From IMG/VR virus record IMGVR_UViG_3300027708_000019: DNA of 64,000 nucleotides; one strand, 5' to 3'. Made by a program: the position numbers and the translations under genes. Shown here in pieces: positions 46,401 through 55,579 of this stretch. The DNA is from a virus. The notes under the pieces were generated by a model. The model saw nothing but the letters and a program-made list of their open reading frames with translations. It was not told where the DNA came from and did not search any database. How positions within the stretch are numbered: the first letter of the stretch is position 1; every line of letters starts with the position of its first letter.

Positions 46401-46499
46401 TCACAGTCCCATCAGACGCAAGCGCAAGAGCTGTCCCAGTGTAGGTTTCAAGCCCAGTCGTTTGCGTAACAGCTGTCCCAATGTTTTCTTTTCTTTCAT
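46401..46499 (-). CDS. 32-aa cationic peptide with duplicated TLGQLLR
   Basis: MKEKKTLGQLLRKRLGLKPTLGQLLRLRLMGL; SD GGAGG upstream. Confidence 0.5.
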   Translation of the reverse strand: MKEKKTLGQLLRKRLGLKPTLGQLLRLRLMGL

Positions 46500-46522
46500 A
46501 TCACTTTCCTCCCTTGTTCTTA

Positions 46523-47455
46523 TTAAGCAGTCAACATATAAGTAGCAAGATCTTTCCAGTTGTCATTGCTAGCACGAACCTTGCTAACAGCGATAAGGGT
46601 ACGCAGGCTGATTTCCTTCACGTCGTCCTTGATCTCACGAATCAAAGCCAAAGCATCAGATTTGATTGTCTTGCTGTACTCAGGCAGGAATTCAGCTGAC
46701 TGGGCGATAGTTTCCATACGATCAATTTTCTGATCAAGCGACATAGTCAAGTCAATCATCATAGAACGTGAACGAATGGCTTGGTCAATTTTGTCTTCAG
46801 TCATATTGCTAATGAAAATAACACGACCTTCAAAATTGAATGACTTTGGCAGGTCTTCGTCTTTGAAGTCAGCATTCCAGCTGATGATGCGTTTGCCGTA
46901 GCTGTCAAGTGCACCTTTCAACAGGTTCAACGCAACTGGGTCTTTGAGGATAGCATCACAGTCATCAAACACAACGATTGACTTGTTGTTTTCGAACAGA
47001 GTGCGGTACAAACCCTTAGCAGTCGAGAAACCCTTGACCATACGGAAGCACTTACGCATAGACACAACGCTACCTACTTGAAACTCAGCCAAGTCAGAGA
47101 TATCGGTGTAGCCTTTGGTTTCCAAAGTCTTAGTCACAGTATAGGTTTTACCCAAGCCACCTTCACCAGTGATAACTGCGGAGGGCTGAACACCATCAGC
47201 AACCATAGACACGAGTTGCTCAACAAAGGCGAAACGCTGGTTGATACCGAAACGCTGGTCTTTCTTGGCTTTGGCTTCAACAGCACCAGCAGTGATTTCG
47301 TCATAGGACAAGTCCATACCTGTCACTTGTTTGAATTTCCACTCAATGTGGGATTTTTTACCAGTGGTGAAGGGTTTAGCATCACCGATTTGGCAGGTAT
47401 ATTTGCCAGTGTTTTTGTCGAAATTCACAGTAGTTTTCACGGTATTCTTAGTCAT
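46523..47455 (-). CDS. P-loop/AAA-type ATPase (early)
   Basis: GEGGLGKT, VFDDCD, FISN, AIRSR; start trimmed to MTKNT. Confidence 0.75.
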   Translation of the reverse strand: MTKNTVKTTVNFDKNTGKYTCQIGDAKPFTTGKKSHIEWKFKQVTGMDLSYDEITAGAVEAKAKKDQRFGINQRFAFVEQLVSMVADGVQPSAVITGEGGLGKTYTVTKTLETKGYTDISDLAEFQVGSVVSMRKCFRMVKGFSTAKGLYRTLFENNKSIVVFDDCDAILKDPVALNLLKGALDSYGKRIISWNADFKDEDLPKSFNFEGRVIFISNMTEDKIDQAIRSRSMMIDLTMSLDQKIDRMETIAQSAEFLPEYSKTIKSDALALIREIKDDVKEISLRTLIAVSKVRASNDNWKDLATYMLTA

Positions 47456-47491
47456 TTTCAGTTCCTTCTTCATTATCAAGTCAATATAGTA

Positions 47492-47557
47492 ATTATGCCT
47501 TAAAACCGAATTTACGTCAAGCACTAAATTCGATTCCCCTACTCACAGTAGGGTTAT
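47492..47557 (-). promoter_or_regulatory. Promoter TTGACG-17-CATAAT + palindrome
   Basis: CCCTAC-N5-GTAGGGTTAT at 47537-47557. Confidence 0.75.
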
Positions 47558-47712
47558 TGGTTCATCGCCTTTACGCCAGATGCCAGGATAGCCAGACCGA
47601 CCAAGGCAACCAGCAACAGGGGCAACAGCTGGGCATCGGTACAGGTGTCCATGCCACCAACAGCACCGAAAGTCACTAGAAAACCCACACCAGCACGAAT
47701 AGAACCACGCAT
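47554..47712 (-). CDS. Small membrane protein (52 aa)
   Basis: MRGSIRAGVGFLVTFGAVGG...; stop TAA inside palindrome arm. Confidence 0.55.
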   Translation of the reverse strand: MRGSIRAGVGFLVTFGAVGGMDTCTDAQLLPLLLVALVGLAILASGVKAMNQ

Positions 47713-47748
47713 AATTAACTCACTTTCTTTATCAATTTCAATACCGTA

Positions 47749-47815
47749 AGTATACCTGAATTACGAATTAATGTCAATCACTACCTACGTATAACCCTAC
47801 TGTGTGAAGGGTTAT
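47749..47815 (-). promoter_or_regulatory. Promoter TTGACA-17-TATACT + palindrome
   Basis: ATAACCCTAC-N5-GAAGGGTTAT at 47791-47815. Confidence 0.75.
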
Positions 47816-48177
47816 TTACGGAAGTAGCCATAGGGCAGACCAACCAAAAAGCACAGGTACTCATCGTCGCCATCGCTACCTTCGGCTTCGTGTACCCAAC
47901 GCAATGCCATCTCATAGGACTTGGCTCCGCTCATCATCAAATTCTGCATGCGCATTTCAAAGTCATGGGCTGCTGCTTCTTGCGCTACCTGCTCATCAGC
48001 GTAGTTGCGCTGAATGGTAGTGGCGAGTCGTTCAAACTCTTGCTCAAACTGCTCAAGCGACCACTCGGTTGTGTCGATTCCACGAGGACGGACGCCATAC
48101 GCATCCTTGTACATATCCCAATACTGACACTGGGCTTGCTCAACAGGGGACATTTCATTCCAACTCAACATACTCAT
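47812..48177 (-). CDS. Conserved early hypothetical protein
   Basis: YWDMYKDAYGVRPR...ALRW...GLPYGYF. Confidence 0.65.
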   Translation of the reverse strand: MSMLSWNEMSPVEQAQCQYWDMYKDAYGVRPRGIDTTEWSLEQFEQEFERLATTIQRNYADEQVAQEAAAHDFEMRMQNLMMSGAKSYEMALRWVHEAEGSDGDDEYLCFLVGLPYGYFRK

Positions 48178-48186
48178 CTCCAAAAA

Positions 48187-48315
48187 TTAACGTGACAATT
48201 CATAGCTGGTTGTCTTGACTGTGTCAACGGCACGATCAAGCACACGTGCCACACCAGCGAAACCGATAGTAGACACAACCACACCAAGGATAAAACCGAT
48301 TACCAATTTAGTCAT
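48187..48315 (-). CDS. Small membrane peptide (42 aa)
   Basis: MTKLVIGFILGVVVSTIGFAGVARVLD... Confidence 0.5.
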   Translation of the reverse strand: MTKLVIGFILGVVVSTIGFAGVARVLDRAVDTVKTTSYELSR

Positions 48316-48351
48316 TTTTTTCTCACTTTCATTTTCAATTTCAATAGAGTA

Positions 48352-48417
48352 AGTATACTAAAAAACCGAATTTCCGTCAAGCATTTTCGGAAATAACCTT
48401 ACAACTTGTAGGGTTAT
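48352..48417 (-). promoter_or_regulatory. Promoter TTGACG-17-TATACT + palindrome
   Basis: ATAACCTTAC-N5-GTAGGGTTAT at 48393-48417. Confidence 0.75.
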
Positions 48418-48605
48418 GCCTGTGGACCAGAAAAGGTAGTTTTACGTGGGAAACCAACAGCAAAGCCAGATGTACCTGTGGAAGCCGAGCGAGTCGTTTT
48501 ACCAGACATCCAGCCAGACTTGGGGGTCTTGCGTGGTTTGTACACAGTCACTGTAACGCCATTTTCAACAGTCACAGACAACACATTACGAGGGATCTTA
48601 GTCAT
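48414..48605 (-). CDS. Small basic hypothetical protein
   Basis: Start MTKIPR with SD AAGGA. Confidence 0.55.
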   Translation of the reverse strand: MTKIPRNVLSVTVENGVTVTVYKPRKTPKSGWMSGKTTRSASTGTSGFAVGFPRKTTFSGPQA

Positions 48606-48641
48606 TTTTATTTCCTTTTCTTTATCAATTTCAATACAGTA

Positions 48642-48708
48642 AGTATACCTGAATTCGGAATTAATGTCAACCACTTTATTCGGATAACCCTACTACCTGT
48701 AGGGTTTT
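48642..48708 (-). promoter_or_regulatory. Promoter TTGACA-17-TATACT + palindrome
   Basis: ATAACCCTAC-N5-GTAGGGTTTT at 48684-48708. Confidence 0.75.
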
Positions 48709-48932
48709 ACATCAGCGTGCTTGACGATAATCACTGAGCGATAGCTACCTTCATACTTCATGGGCAGGTCAAGCGTAACAGTCAAAATTGGACCATCATC
48801 GGTGCTGCGGATGTCATCACTACCTACGGTGCCAACGAAAGGAATTCCGTGGTAGCGACCAAACACACGTGCGCCGAATTCATAAACAGGCTGGTATGCT
48901 TTGTTGTTAAAATAATCTGCTAGTGTTCCCAT
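48693..48932 (-). CDS. Hypothetical SH3-like protein
   Basis: RVFG.Y.GIPFVGTVG; last codons KPYR are encoded by the palindrome. Confidence 0.55.
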   Translation of the reverse strand: MGTLADYFNNKAYQPVYEFGARVFGRYHGIPFVGTVGSDDIRSTDDGPILTVTLDLPMKYEGSYRSVIIVKHADVKPYR

Positions 48933-48945
48933 GTTATGTCCTTGT

Positions 48946-49335
48946 TCAAGCGTAGTTTTTGTAGCGATTCAAATCGCCAGAGAGCCTACTTTTAATTTTA
49001 TGACAGATTACACATAATTCTTGTATATTAGAAACTCTGTTGTCAGCATGGTCTCCATTTATGTGATCAATTTCAGTAAGATGCATATCCTTAGGCAACA
49101 GCTTGTGATTGACTGCACATTTAAATCCTAATTTACCATCTGTGTTCTCACAAATTCCAGTACGATATGGAACAACTCCAGCTGCATATGATTGTCTATT
49201 TTGTTGTGCTTTTTCACAAGAACAGCATATAGGTTTCCAACGATATGTTCCATCTTGATTTTTACGATTCCATGTCACAGGTTTTTTACAACCCTTGTTT
49301 ATACAGATTGGTCTGAATTCTAAAATTTTTGCCAT
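48946..49335 (-). CDS. HNH-like endonuclease with Cys clusters
   Basis: EIDHINGDHADNRVSN.QELCVICH..K. Confidence 0.7.
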   Translation of the reverse strand: MAKILEFRPICINKGCKKPVTWNRKNQDGTYRWKPICCSCEKAQQNRQSYAAGVVPYRTGICENTDGKLGFKCAVNHKLLPKDMHLTEIDHINGDHADNRVSNIQELCVICHKIKSRLSGDLNRYKNYA

Positions 49336-49337
49336 GA

Positions 49338-49547
49338 TTAAACCTTTGAAATTTGAACATCATACGAAACACGATTCATCTTGTGATCGTAAACATGCAT
49401 CGTTGAACCGATACCCACTGCGTTGAACATGTTTTCAAACAGCTGGCGCACGACAGTGTTAACACTGACTGAGTTTCCGACGCCACGTTTGATGGCAGCA
49501 CCAGATGCATAAAAAGACACACCATTCACAACGACAAGGTATTTCAT
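49338..49547 (-). CDS. Hypothetical protein
   Basis: ATGA-coupled to upstream gene. Confidence 0.55.
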   Translation of the reverse strand: MKYLVVVNGVSFYASGAAIKRGVGNSVSVNTVVRQLFENMFNAVGIGSTMHVYDHKMNRVSYDVQISKV

Positions 49548-49780
49548 ACAGTTTCCTTTGCTTCCATCATTTCACACAAAATAAATTTTGCGATATTGAT
49601 ATTCTTGCGAGCTTGGTCAGTTGCTTGAGCATGACCGAAGGACATCAATTCTTGAGCATCGGACAGGACACCCATCGCAACCATTTCAAGACCAGACAAC
49701 TTAGCAGTGATGCTATTCATGTATTGCTCACGGATGTCATCTTGAGTCATACCGTAGCAGTTTTTTTCGAATTCAGTCAT
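49544..49780 (-). CDS. Conserved early hypothetical protein
   Basis: MTEFEKNCYGM...LSDAQE...N.AKF. Confidence 0.6.
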   Translation of the reverse strand: MTEFEKNCYGMTQDDIREQYMNSITAKLSGLEMVAMGVLSDAQELMSFGHAQATDQARKNINIAKFILCEMMEAKETV

Positions 49781-49813
49781 TTTTTTCCTTTCGTTTTCAA
49801 TCACAATAAAGTA

Positions 49814-49895
49814 ATTATGCCTGAATTCGGAATTTATAGCAAGCACTAAATGTGAAAAACCCTACACTCGATAGGGTTATTGTAAGTCATTGATT
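49814..49895 (-). promoter_or_regulatory. Promoter TTGCTA-17-CATAAT + palindrome + IHF-like site
   Basis: AAAACCCTAC-N5-ATAGGGTTAT at 49856-49880; AATCAATGACTTA (minus) at 49883-49895. Confidence 0.7.
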
Positions 49896-49908
49896 TGCTT
49901 AGGTTTTT

Positions 49909-50232
49909 TTACGTCCAGATGTCGCCATCAGCGTCCTTCTCATAGCTGAAGCCAATGTCGCTTGGGGGCACCACTCCGTATTCCTCCATCTCGGCATACA
50001 GCTGTGCTTCTGTTTTGCCGTCAGCCCTGCGTTGCTGTGTGATGAGCCAGCGTTGCCTTTCGGCTACTTCGGTTTCGCTATTCATGTGCTTGCGTTGCGC
50101 AGCACGTTTGACTTCTTTCTGTTCTTCCGTATAGGTGCGTTTGTTACCACAACTACGTGAACAATATGGACCACGTTTCCTGTGCTCCGCACCACACGAA
50201 GGACATTCCTTTAGTCTATATACGTTTGGCAT
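49909..50232 (-). CDS. Zn-finger protein
   Basis: CPSCG...YCSRSCGN. Confidence 0.55.
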   Translation of the reverse strand: MPNVYRLKECPSCGAEHRKRGPYCSRSCGNKRTYTEEQKEVKRAAQRKHMNSETEVAERQRWLITQQRRADGKTEAQLYAEMEEYGVVPPSDIGFSYEKDADGDIWT

Positions 50233-50233
50233 T

Positions 50234-50491
50234 TTATTCAGCCAATAATTCTTCAATCATTTGAATTGCCATCTCACGCTTCATCTCATCACTAGTGTGA
50301 TTCAATGCATCAAGAGCAATTTCTAGTGCTCCTTTATAACGCTGAAGACCAAGACCAATACTCAAGATGGCTTGTGATTCTTGCTCTCTTAATGTTAGTG
50401 GTGAGATCTGTGTTGGTGTCTTATCATATGTGCCATCGAAAGGGTTTTCTAATATGATTGAATCAACCAGCTGTTTTGTGCTATCATTCAT
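50234..50491 (-). CDS. Hypothetical protein
   Basis: ORF in coupled chain. Confidence 0.5.
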   Translation of the reverse strand: MNDSTKQLVDSIILENPFDGTYDKTPTQISPLTLREQESQAILSIGLGLQRYKGALEIALDALNHTSDEMKREMAIQMIEELLAE

Positions 50492-50705
50492 CTGTTTTCT
50501 CCTGTGGGGTTGCTTCTTTTTTAGATAGGATTACTTGATTGGTTTCATTTTCGCCACGCACAATTTCCCATACGAGTGTGTCGCCTTCTGCCCAGCCAAG
50601 TACCTCAAGCATGTCTGGACTGAGTGGGATAACGAGATCTTTCGTTTCTGGATCTTCCTCAACAACAACTGTCCAGCAATTAACACTTATGCGTTCTGAT
50701 ATCAT
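50484..50705 (-). CDS. AbrB/MazE-like DNA-binding protein
   Basis: LVIPLSPDMLEVLGWAEGDTLVW. Confidence 0.6.
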   Translation of the reverse strand: MISERISVNCWTVVVEEDPETKDLVIPLSPDMLEVLGWAEGDTLVWEIVRGENETNQVILSKKEATPQEKTDE

Positions 50706-51007
50706 AACTTCAATCCTTGCATTGATGGTACGATTTGAATTCCGCTACCAAATGATGTGTTATAGTGATTGGCCAGATCAGGAGTTGGCTCATAGTCAGC
50801 AGCAATAGCATGTGGGTAGATGCCAATTGTTTTGTCTGGAATTCCATATGCAGCATATGGAAGGAAATTCAGTTTGACTTTTCCACTCATTTCATCTTGG
50901 GCTGGTGCGAGTATCATTGGTGATTTGATTTCAACAACACCTGTTGGTTGTGCTGACACATCACCAATAATTTCTTCGCCTGTCATTAATTTAATAATAC
51001 GTATCAT
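50702..51007 (-). CDS. Sm-like fold T4-type hypothetical protein
   Basis: IIKLMTGEEIIG...Y...FGSGI. Confidence 0.6.
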   Translation of the reverse strand: MIRIIKLMTGEEIIGDVSAQPTGVVEIKSPMILAPAQDEMSGKVKLNFLPYAAYGIPDKTIGIYPHAIAADYEPTPDLANHYNTSFGSGIQIVPSMQGLKL

Positions 51008-51240
51008 TATGCTCCTCTCGCTGCTGCTTTCACAACAGGTTTCGTTGGTAGTTGACTATTGTTTTTCATCACACGTTTGGTTGCTTCCTTAACAAGTTTC
51101 TTTGCTGCTTTCGGACCAACTTGTGGTGTGATTTCTTTTCTTGCTTTTTTCTTTGCTTTACGCAACTCACGTTCTTGTTTCCATCGTGTTTTGCTATCAA
51201 TGTATATAGGTGCGGTAACGATCGCTGATTCATCTGTCAT
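51007..51240 (-). CDS. Basic hypothetical protein
   Basis: Lys/Arg-rich; coupled. Confidence 0.5.
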   Translation of the reverse strand: MTDESAIVTAPIYIDSKTRWKQERELRKAKKKARKEITPQVGPKAAKKLVKEATKRVMKNNSQLPTKPVVKAAARGA

Positions 51241-51860
51241 AATTTTAACTCCGTAAGTGAATTGTTAGAACCAAGTGTGCCTTTAACAAACACATTAAAT
51301 GCCAAACTAATCCGTGTCTTAGTATTTCCTTCTGGTATAATTTCTACCATATGCTGCATCCAACTTGGGAAAATCAACAACAGCCCTGTTCTGGTTGAGA
51401 AATCCCATGTCTCTGTGTTGAAATGATTTACTTCTTTGTGTTGAATTTTAATTGTGCGATACGTATCATTGATGAACACAAGTTTATCTTTAGTATCATC
51501 AGCAGCAATATAGAACACACCAGACAGATAACTGTTACTATGATTATGTTTGTGGTGCCATTCGCCAGGACGTGTCCAGTTCATCCAACTTTGTGTGATA
51601 TACAATTCTATATCGTTTTGGGCTGGTGCCATAATATTGTCACGCCACTGTAACAATACATCTTCAATTTCTTTTTTGATATCTGCCAACTCTGGCTCAT
51701 TCAAAATATAATTGTTGTGGCTCATTGAGTTGCCAACATTTCTTGTTTGTTTGCTATTTTGTTTAGCAAGAAACTTTCTTTCCACATCAGTGAAGTCACG
51801 TTCTAATTGTGATACACAGATAGGTGTTGGAAATATTGGTTGAATGATTGGATCTCTCAT
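51237..51860 (-). CDS. 2OG-Fe(II) oxygenase (TIGR02466-like)
   Basis: IFPTPI, SW.N, H.H.NS.LSGVFY, LLIFPSW..H.V, RISLAFN. Confidence 0.8.
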   Translation of the reverse strand: MRDPIIQPIFPTPICVSQLERDFTDVERKFLAKQNSKQTRNVGNSMSHNNYILNEPELADIKKEIEDVLLQWRDNIMAPAQNDIELYITQSWMNWTRPGEWHHKHNHSNSYLSGVFYIAADDTKDKLVFINDTYRTIKIQHKEVNHFNTETWDFSTRTGLLLIFPSWMQHMVEIIPEGNTKTRISLAFNVFVKGTLGSNNSLTELKL

Positions 51861-51994
51861 TTAAAATTTTCCTTGTAATATTTGAACATCTTCACATACC
51901 ATGCGAATCGTTTTGGCTCATGTTCAAAGTTTGGTAACTCACCATAATGCTCAAGCATTTCGTTATAAAATTTCAATACTTCCTCATCTGTCAT
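51857..51994 (-). CDS. Small hypothetical protein (45 aa)
   Basis: MTDEEVLKFYNEM...LPNFEHEPKRF; ATGA overlaps at both ends. Confidence 0.55.
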   Translation of the reverse strand: MTDEEVLKFYNEMLEHYGELPNFEHEPKRFAWYVKMFKYYKENFK

Positions 51995-53703
51995 ACTATC
52001 ACCGAGAAGTCATTTTTCTTTTCAAATTTAACAACTGATCTAAATTTATCAAACAGTTGGTCACCTTTGTGGCTGATGACAAACACATTCGTCTTATCAT
52101 CAAAACTATTCATCAGCGATAAGAAATAATCGGTACCTGACACATCCAAACTACTGTCAAAGATTTCATCAAGTAACAATAGGTTTGTATTAACAGAGTT
52201 TTTCATCTTAGCAATCTGTCTCCATGTGAATAACATTGCCAAGTCAATGCGCATCTTCTCACCTTCAGAGAATGAATCATATGTGAATTCATCACGATAT
52301 CTGGCTTTGATCTTTTCGTTGAATGTTTCATCCAACTCAAAATGAACATAGAAGTCCATTGATGCCAAATATTTGTTGATCAATTTATTCATCACAGGCA
52401 AATACTCACGGATGATTGTTGTTTTGATTCCTGTGTCTCTCAATAGATTTGATGCTAGTTCTTCATATTGTCTTTTCTCAATGAGTTCATTTTTTCTATT
52501 AAGATATGACAACGCTTCTTCAGCCATTGCCTTGAGTTTTGACTTCTCATCATCCACATTACCAGTATCATTCTTTGCGTTTTCCATTTCCTCAGCCAAT
52601 TCTCTGTTAAGTTTATTCAACAAAGAAACAGTTTGATTGGCTGTGGATATTTCGATGTTCTTATCTGTTATTTGTTCTTGTATTGCATTGATGGTTTCTA
52701 GTCTGGTAGTCAACTTTCCTAGTGCCTTTGTAATCTCGTCAATATTCGCTCGATTTTGTTCAATTTCGCGATTAATTTCGTCAATAATTGAGGATTTATG
52801 CTCATGTGGGATGTCTTGTTCACACTGAGGGCATATATCATTATTGTTAAAGAAATCGACAGTTACAGTGAGATCTGTGCTCTTGTTAGATTTCTTATTG
52901 GCAAAAACTTTCGCCTTTTCGATGTCTTCGAGAACTGACTTCCTGTCTGTGATACTCGATTTAAGATTACCAAGGTCTTGATTGAGAACATTAAGAGTTT
53001 CATTCGTGGTAATGATTTGTACTTCATTATCGCTAATCTTTTTCTGTATCGCTGATACAGCATCTTTTCTAGTTTCGAGCAAAATCTTAATGGTTTTCTG
53101 CTGATTGTCAACCCTCTCACGTGCCAAGTTGAGCGCAGATTCGGTACGATTGATTTCATCTTTTGTCTCCTGCATTCTTTGTTTCAACAACGTGTTCATT
53201 GTGCTGAACACACGGATATCTAAGATATCTTCGATAACCTCACGTCTTTGATGTGATGGCAACTGCATGAATGGCACAAATGAAGCACTACCAAGTATAA
53301 CTACTTGAGTAAAGGTTTTATAATTCAACTTCAGAATCTGTTGTTCAAGAACCTTTTGGTAGTCTCTTGATGCAGCATCCTGATTCATTAATTCATTGTC
53401 GCACCAGATTTCAAATTTGTTTGGTTTGATTGTACGAATAACTTTATAATCTTTACCACCAACAGTAAATTCAACTGTGGTTTCACAGTTCTTTCCATTA
53501 ATGCTGTTAATCAACTGTGGTTTATTGATGTTACGAAATGGTTTTCCAAACAATGAAAAGCACAATGCATCTAGGATTGTGCTTTTACCTTCACCATTTT
53601 TACCAACGATTAATGTACTTGATGATTTGTCAAGTAGAATTTTGTTTGCTTGGTTACCTGTTGATAGGAAATTTTTCCATTCAACACTTTTGAATTTAAT
53701 CAA
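51991..53703 (-). CDS. gp46: Recombination endonuclease ATPase subunit (Rad50/SbcC-like)
   Basis: GKNGEGKST, CPQC hook, FSEGEK, LLDEIFD. Confidence 0.95.
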   Translation of the reverse strand: MIKFKSVEWKNFLSTGNQANKILLDKSSSTLIVGKNGEGKSTILDALCFSLFGKPFRNINKPQLINSINGKNCETTVEFTVGGKDYKVIRTIKPNKFEIWCDNELMNQDAASRDYQKVLEQQILKLNYKTFTQVVILGSASFVPFMQLPSHQRREVIEDILDIRVFSTMNTLLKQRMQETKDEINRTESALNLARERVDNQQKTIKILLETRKDAVSAIQKKISDNEVQIITTNETLNVLNQDLGNLKSSITDRKSVLEDIEKAKVFANKKSNKSTDLTVTVDFFNNNDICPQCEQDIPHEHKSSIIDEINREIEQNRANIDEITKALGKLTTRLETINAIQEQITDKNIEISTANQTVSLLNKLNRELAEEMENAKNDTGNVDDEKSKLKAMAEEALSYLNRKNELIEKRQYEELASNLLRDTGIKTTIIREYLPVMNKLINKYLASMDFYVHFELDETFNEKIKARYRDEFTYDSFSEGEKMRIDLAMLFTWRQIAKMKNSVNTNLLLLDEIFDSSLDVSGTDYFLSLMNSFDDKTNVFVISHKGDQLFDKFRSVVKFEKKNDFSVIV

Positions 53704-54767
53704 ACGACCTCCGTATTAACTGCTTCAGTATATAGTTCCTTCATATACTGTTTAATCTTTTCCTTATCCGAATCTGTTTGAATTGAATCAACATAATTCT
53801 CAAGTACAGACATGGTGTCTTCAAGATTAATGTCACCATCGATTGTTCCTTCTTCAAATTCGCTGAAGTTTTCAACAATCTTAATGTCCGCACAACCCTT
53901 ATTATACAACTTCTGAGTAAATTGGTCAAATTTATAATAGTCTGTTTTGTTAACAACAATCAATTTTACAAATTTGCCTTTGAAGTCACATTCACTTAGA
54001 TCAAGTGGTTCTGTTTCCTTGTCGTCGTATTCGACTCTGAAGAACATTCTATTTGGATTCTGTATGAATTCAAGTCCTCTTGTTGCAAGATCGAACAAGT
54101 GGAATCCTCGGGGATCGTTATAGTCCTGCCATGTGAGTTCGTACGGATTTCCCAAATAATAGATATGATCATTAGAACTACGATGATGGTAATGCCCACT
54201 GAACACCATATCAAACCTTTTAAACAAATCTTTAGAAAGTCCTTCATGCGATTCCATCCCTCTATGCATTGCAAAACCAGCAATTTCCAAATGTCCCATA
54301 CATAAGGTTGCTGATGTGTTGTTAATTTCGTCCATACTTTGTTGATAATTATCAGCACAAATCCATGGCAACATCAATACATCTGCTGACGTATCTTCAT
54401 AGTTTAAATGAATCGTTTGTGGTGTATCAATAACAGTAATATTTTCATATTCACATAACAATAAGTCAGGTGAGTTTACATCATTTGTGTTTTTATAGTA
54501 AGTATCATGATTGCCAGCAAGCATGTATACATTGATGTTACGAGCAGCAAGTTTATCAAAGAACATTTCTTTTGCTCTTTGAAGTGAATAGAAGTTCACA
54601 TATTTGCGTCGATCAAAAGTATCACCAAGAATAAGAACAGTGCTAATACCAGCTGCGTCGATATCAGGAAAGAAAGTATTGTCATAAAATTCCTGAAAGA
54701 AATCTAGAAATCCAATACTATCATTGCGTGCACCAAAATGTTGGTCTGTAATAATTGCTACTTTCAT
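53700..54767 (-). CDS. gp47: Recombination endonuclease nuclease subunit (Mre11/SbcD-like)
   Basis: TDQHFG, GDTFD, GNHD, SGHYH. Confidence 0.95.
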   Translation of the reverse strand: MKVAIITDQHFGARNDSIGFLDFFQEFYDNTFFPDIDAAGISTVLILGDTFDRRKYVNFYSLQRAKEMFFDKLAARNINVYMLAGNHDTYYKNTNDVNSPDLLLCEYENITVIDTPQTIHLNYEDTSADVLMLPWICADNYQQSMDEINNTSATLCMGHLEIAGFAMHRGMESHEGLSKDLFKRFDMVFSGHYHHRSSNDHIYYLGNPYELTWQDYNDPRGFHLFDLATRGLEFIQNPNRMFFRVEYDDKETEPLDLSECDFKGKFVKLIVVNKTDYYKFDQFTQKLYNKGCADIKIVENFSEFEEGTIDGDINLEDTMSVLENYVDSIQTDSDKEKIKQYMKELYTEAVNTEVV

Positions 54768-54964
54768 TAGCTGAAGTCCAAGTCTGCGTCAGGATATCCT
54801 TCGGGAATTTCTATTTGTCCTTGTTCGACAACTCTATCTCCCACTCTTTTTGCGAATTCATCCGCATCTTGTTTTGATCTATAAAATTTAGATAGAATAG
54901 CACTTTCCGCAGATGATTCTTGCGGACGAAATGTTACTTTATATAAGAATTTTGTTTCACTCAT
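54767..54964 (-). CDS. Hypothetical protein
   Basis: Coupled ORF between gp55 and gp47. Confidence 0.5.
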   Translation of the reverse strand: MSETKFLYKVTFRPQESSAESAILSKFYRSKQDADEFAKRVGDRVVEQGQIEIPEGYPDADLDFS

Positions 54965-55517
54965 TACTGTCCTCTTCTAAAAATGTTTCAAGTGAATTTT
55001 TGGGTTTCTTTTTTGCTGCTTTCTTCACTGGCATATTATAATTGGCATCGTTATTGCTACGTAAATAATCCATCATCTGATTAGTATACTCACCACCTTC
55101 GTCTTGTTCTTGGAGTTCGAACATTTCGAATGGCATCTCCATAATCATTTTATTCTTGACGTATGTTTGTTTCTTTTCTTTTTGGATTTTTCGAATGAAT
55201 GCATAGTAAATGATTTGAGTAAAGTAAGCGAATGGGTTACTTGACTTTGTGGGATCAAAATTGTGGATGTACTGTAAACAGTTCTCAACACCATCGAGAA
55301 TCATATCTTCTCGGTATGTATAATTGATGAAGTTTGCTTTATACGATAAATGTGTGGCTATCTTTAATAGACACTCACCTATGTACTCAGGTACTCTTGG
55401 TTTATCTTCGCCAGCTGCTTCTGCTTCGATTACAGATTCTCTATACTTTTTAATTGCTACTAGAAAATCAGCATTGCTTACATAATGTGCTTTGGCTTTG
55501 GGTATTGCTTCGGTCAT
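54957..55517 (-). CDS. gp55: Late-transcription sigma factor
   Basis: HYVSN..F, YIGEC..KIA, NPFAYFTQI.YYAF.R.I..EKKQ; promoter at 55545-55573. Confidence 0.95.
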   Translation of the reverse strand: MTEAIPKAKAHYVSNADFLVAIKKYRESVIEAEAAGEDKPRVPEYIGECLLKIATHLSYKANFINYTYREDMILDGVENCLQYIHNFDPTKSSNPFAYFTQIIYYAFIRKIQKEKKQTYVKNKMIMEMPFEMFELQEQDEGGEYTNQMMDYLRSNNDANYNMPVKKAAKKKPKNSLETFLEEDSNE

Positions 55518-55579
55518 GATTCACTCCACTTACTATAATTATTCATTATACCTCATAATCAATAAATTGTCAAATTTAT

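Noticed and set aside
47537-49880. Palindrome repeats as CRISPR or true integron attC sites
   Set aside because: Spacing is irregular and gene-sized, elements are only ~25 bp (too short for attC), and no cas or integrase is in the window
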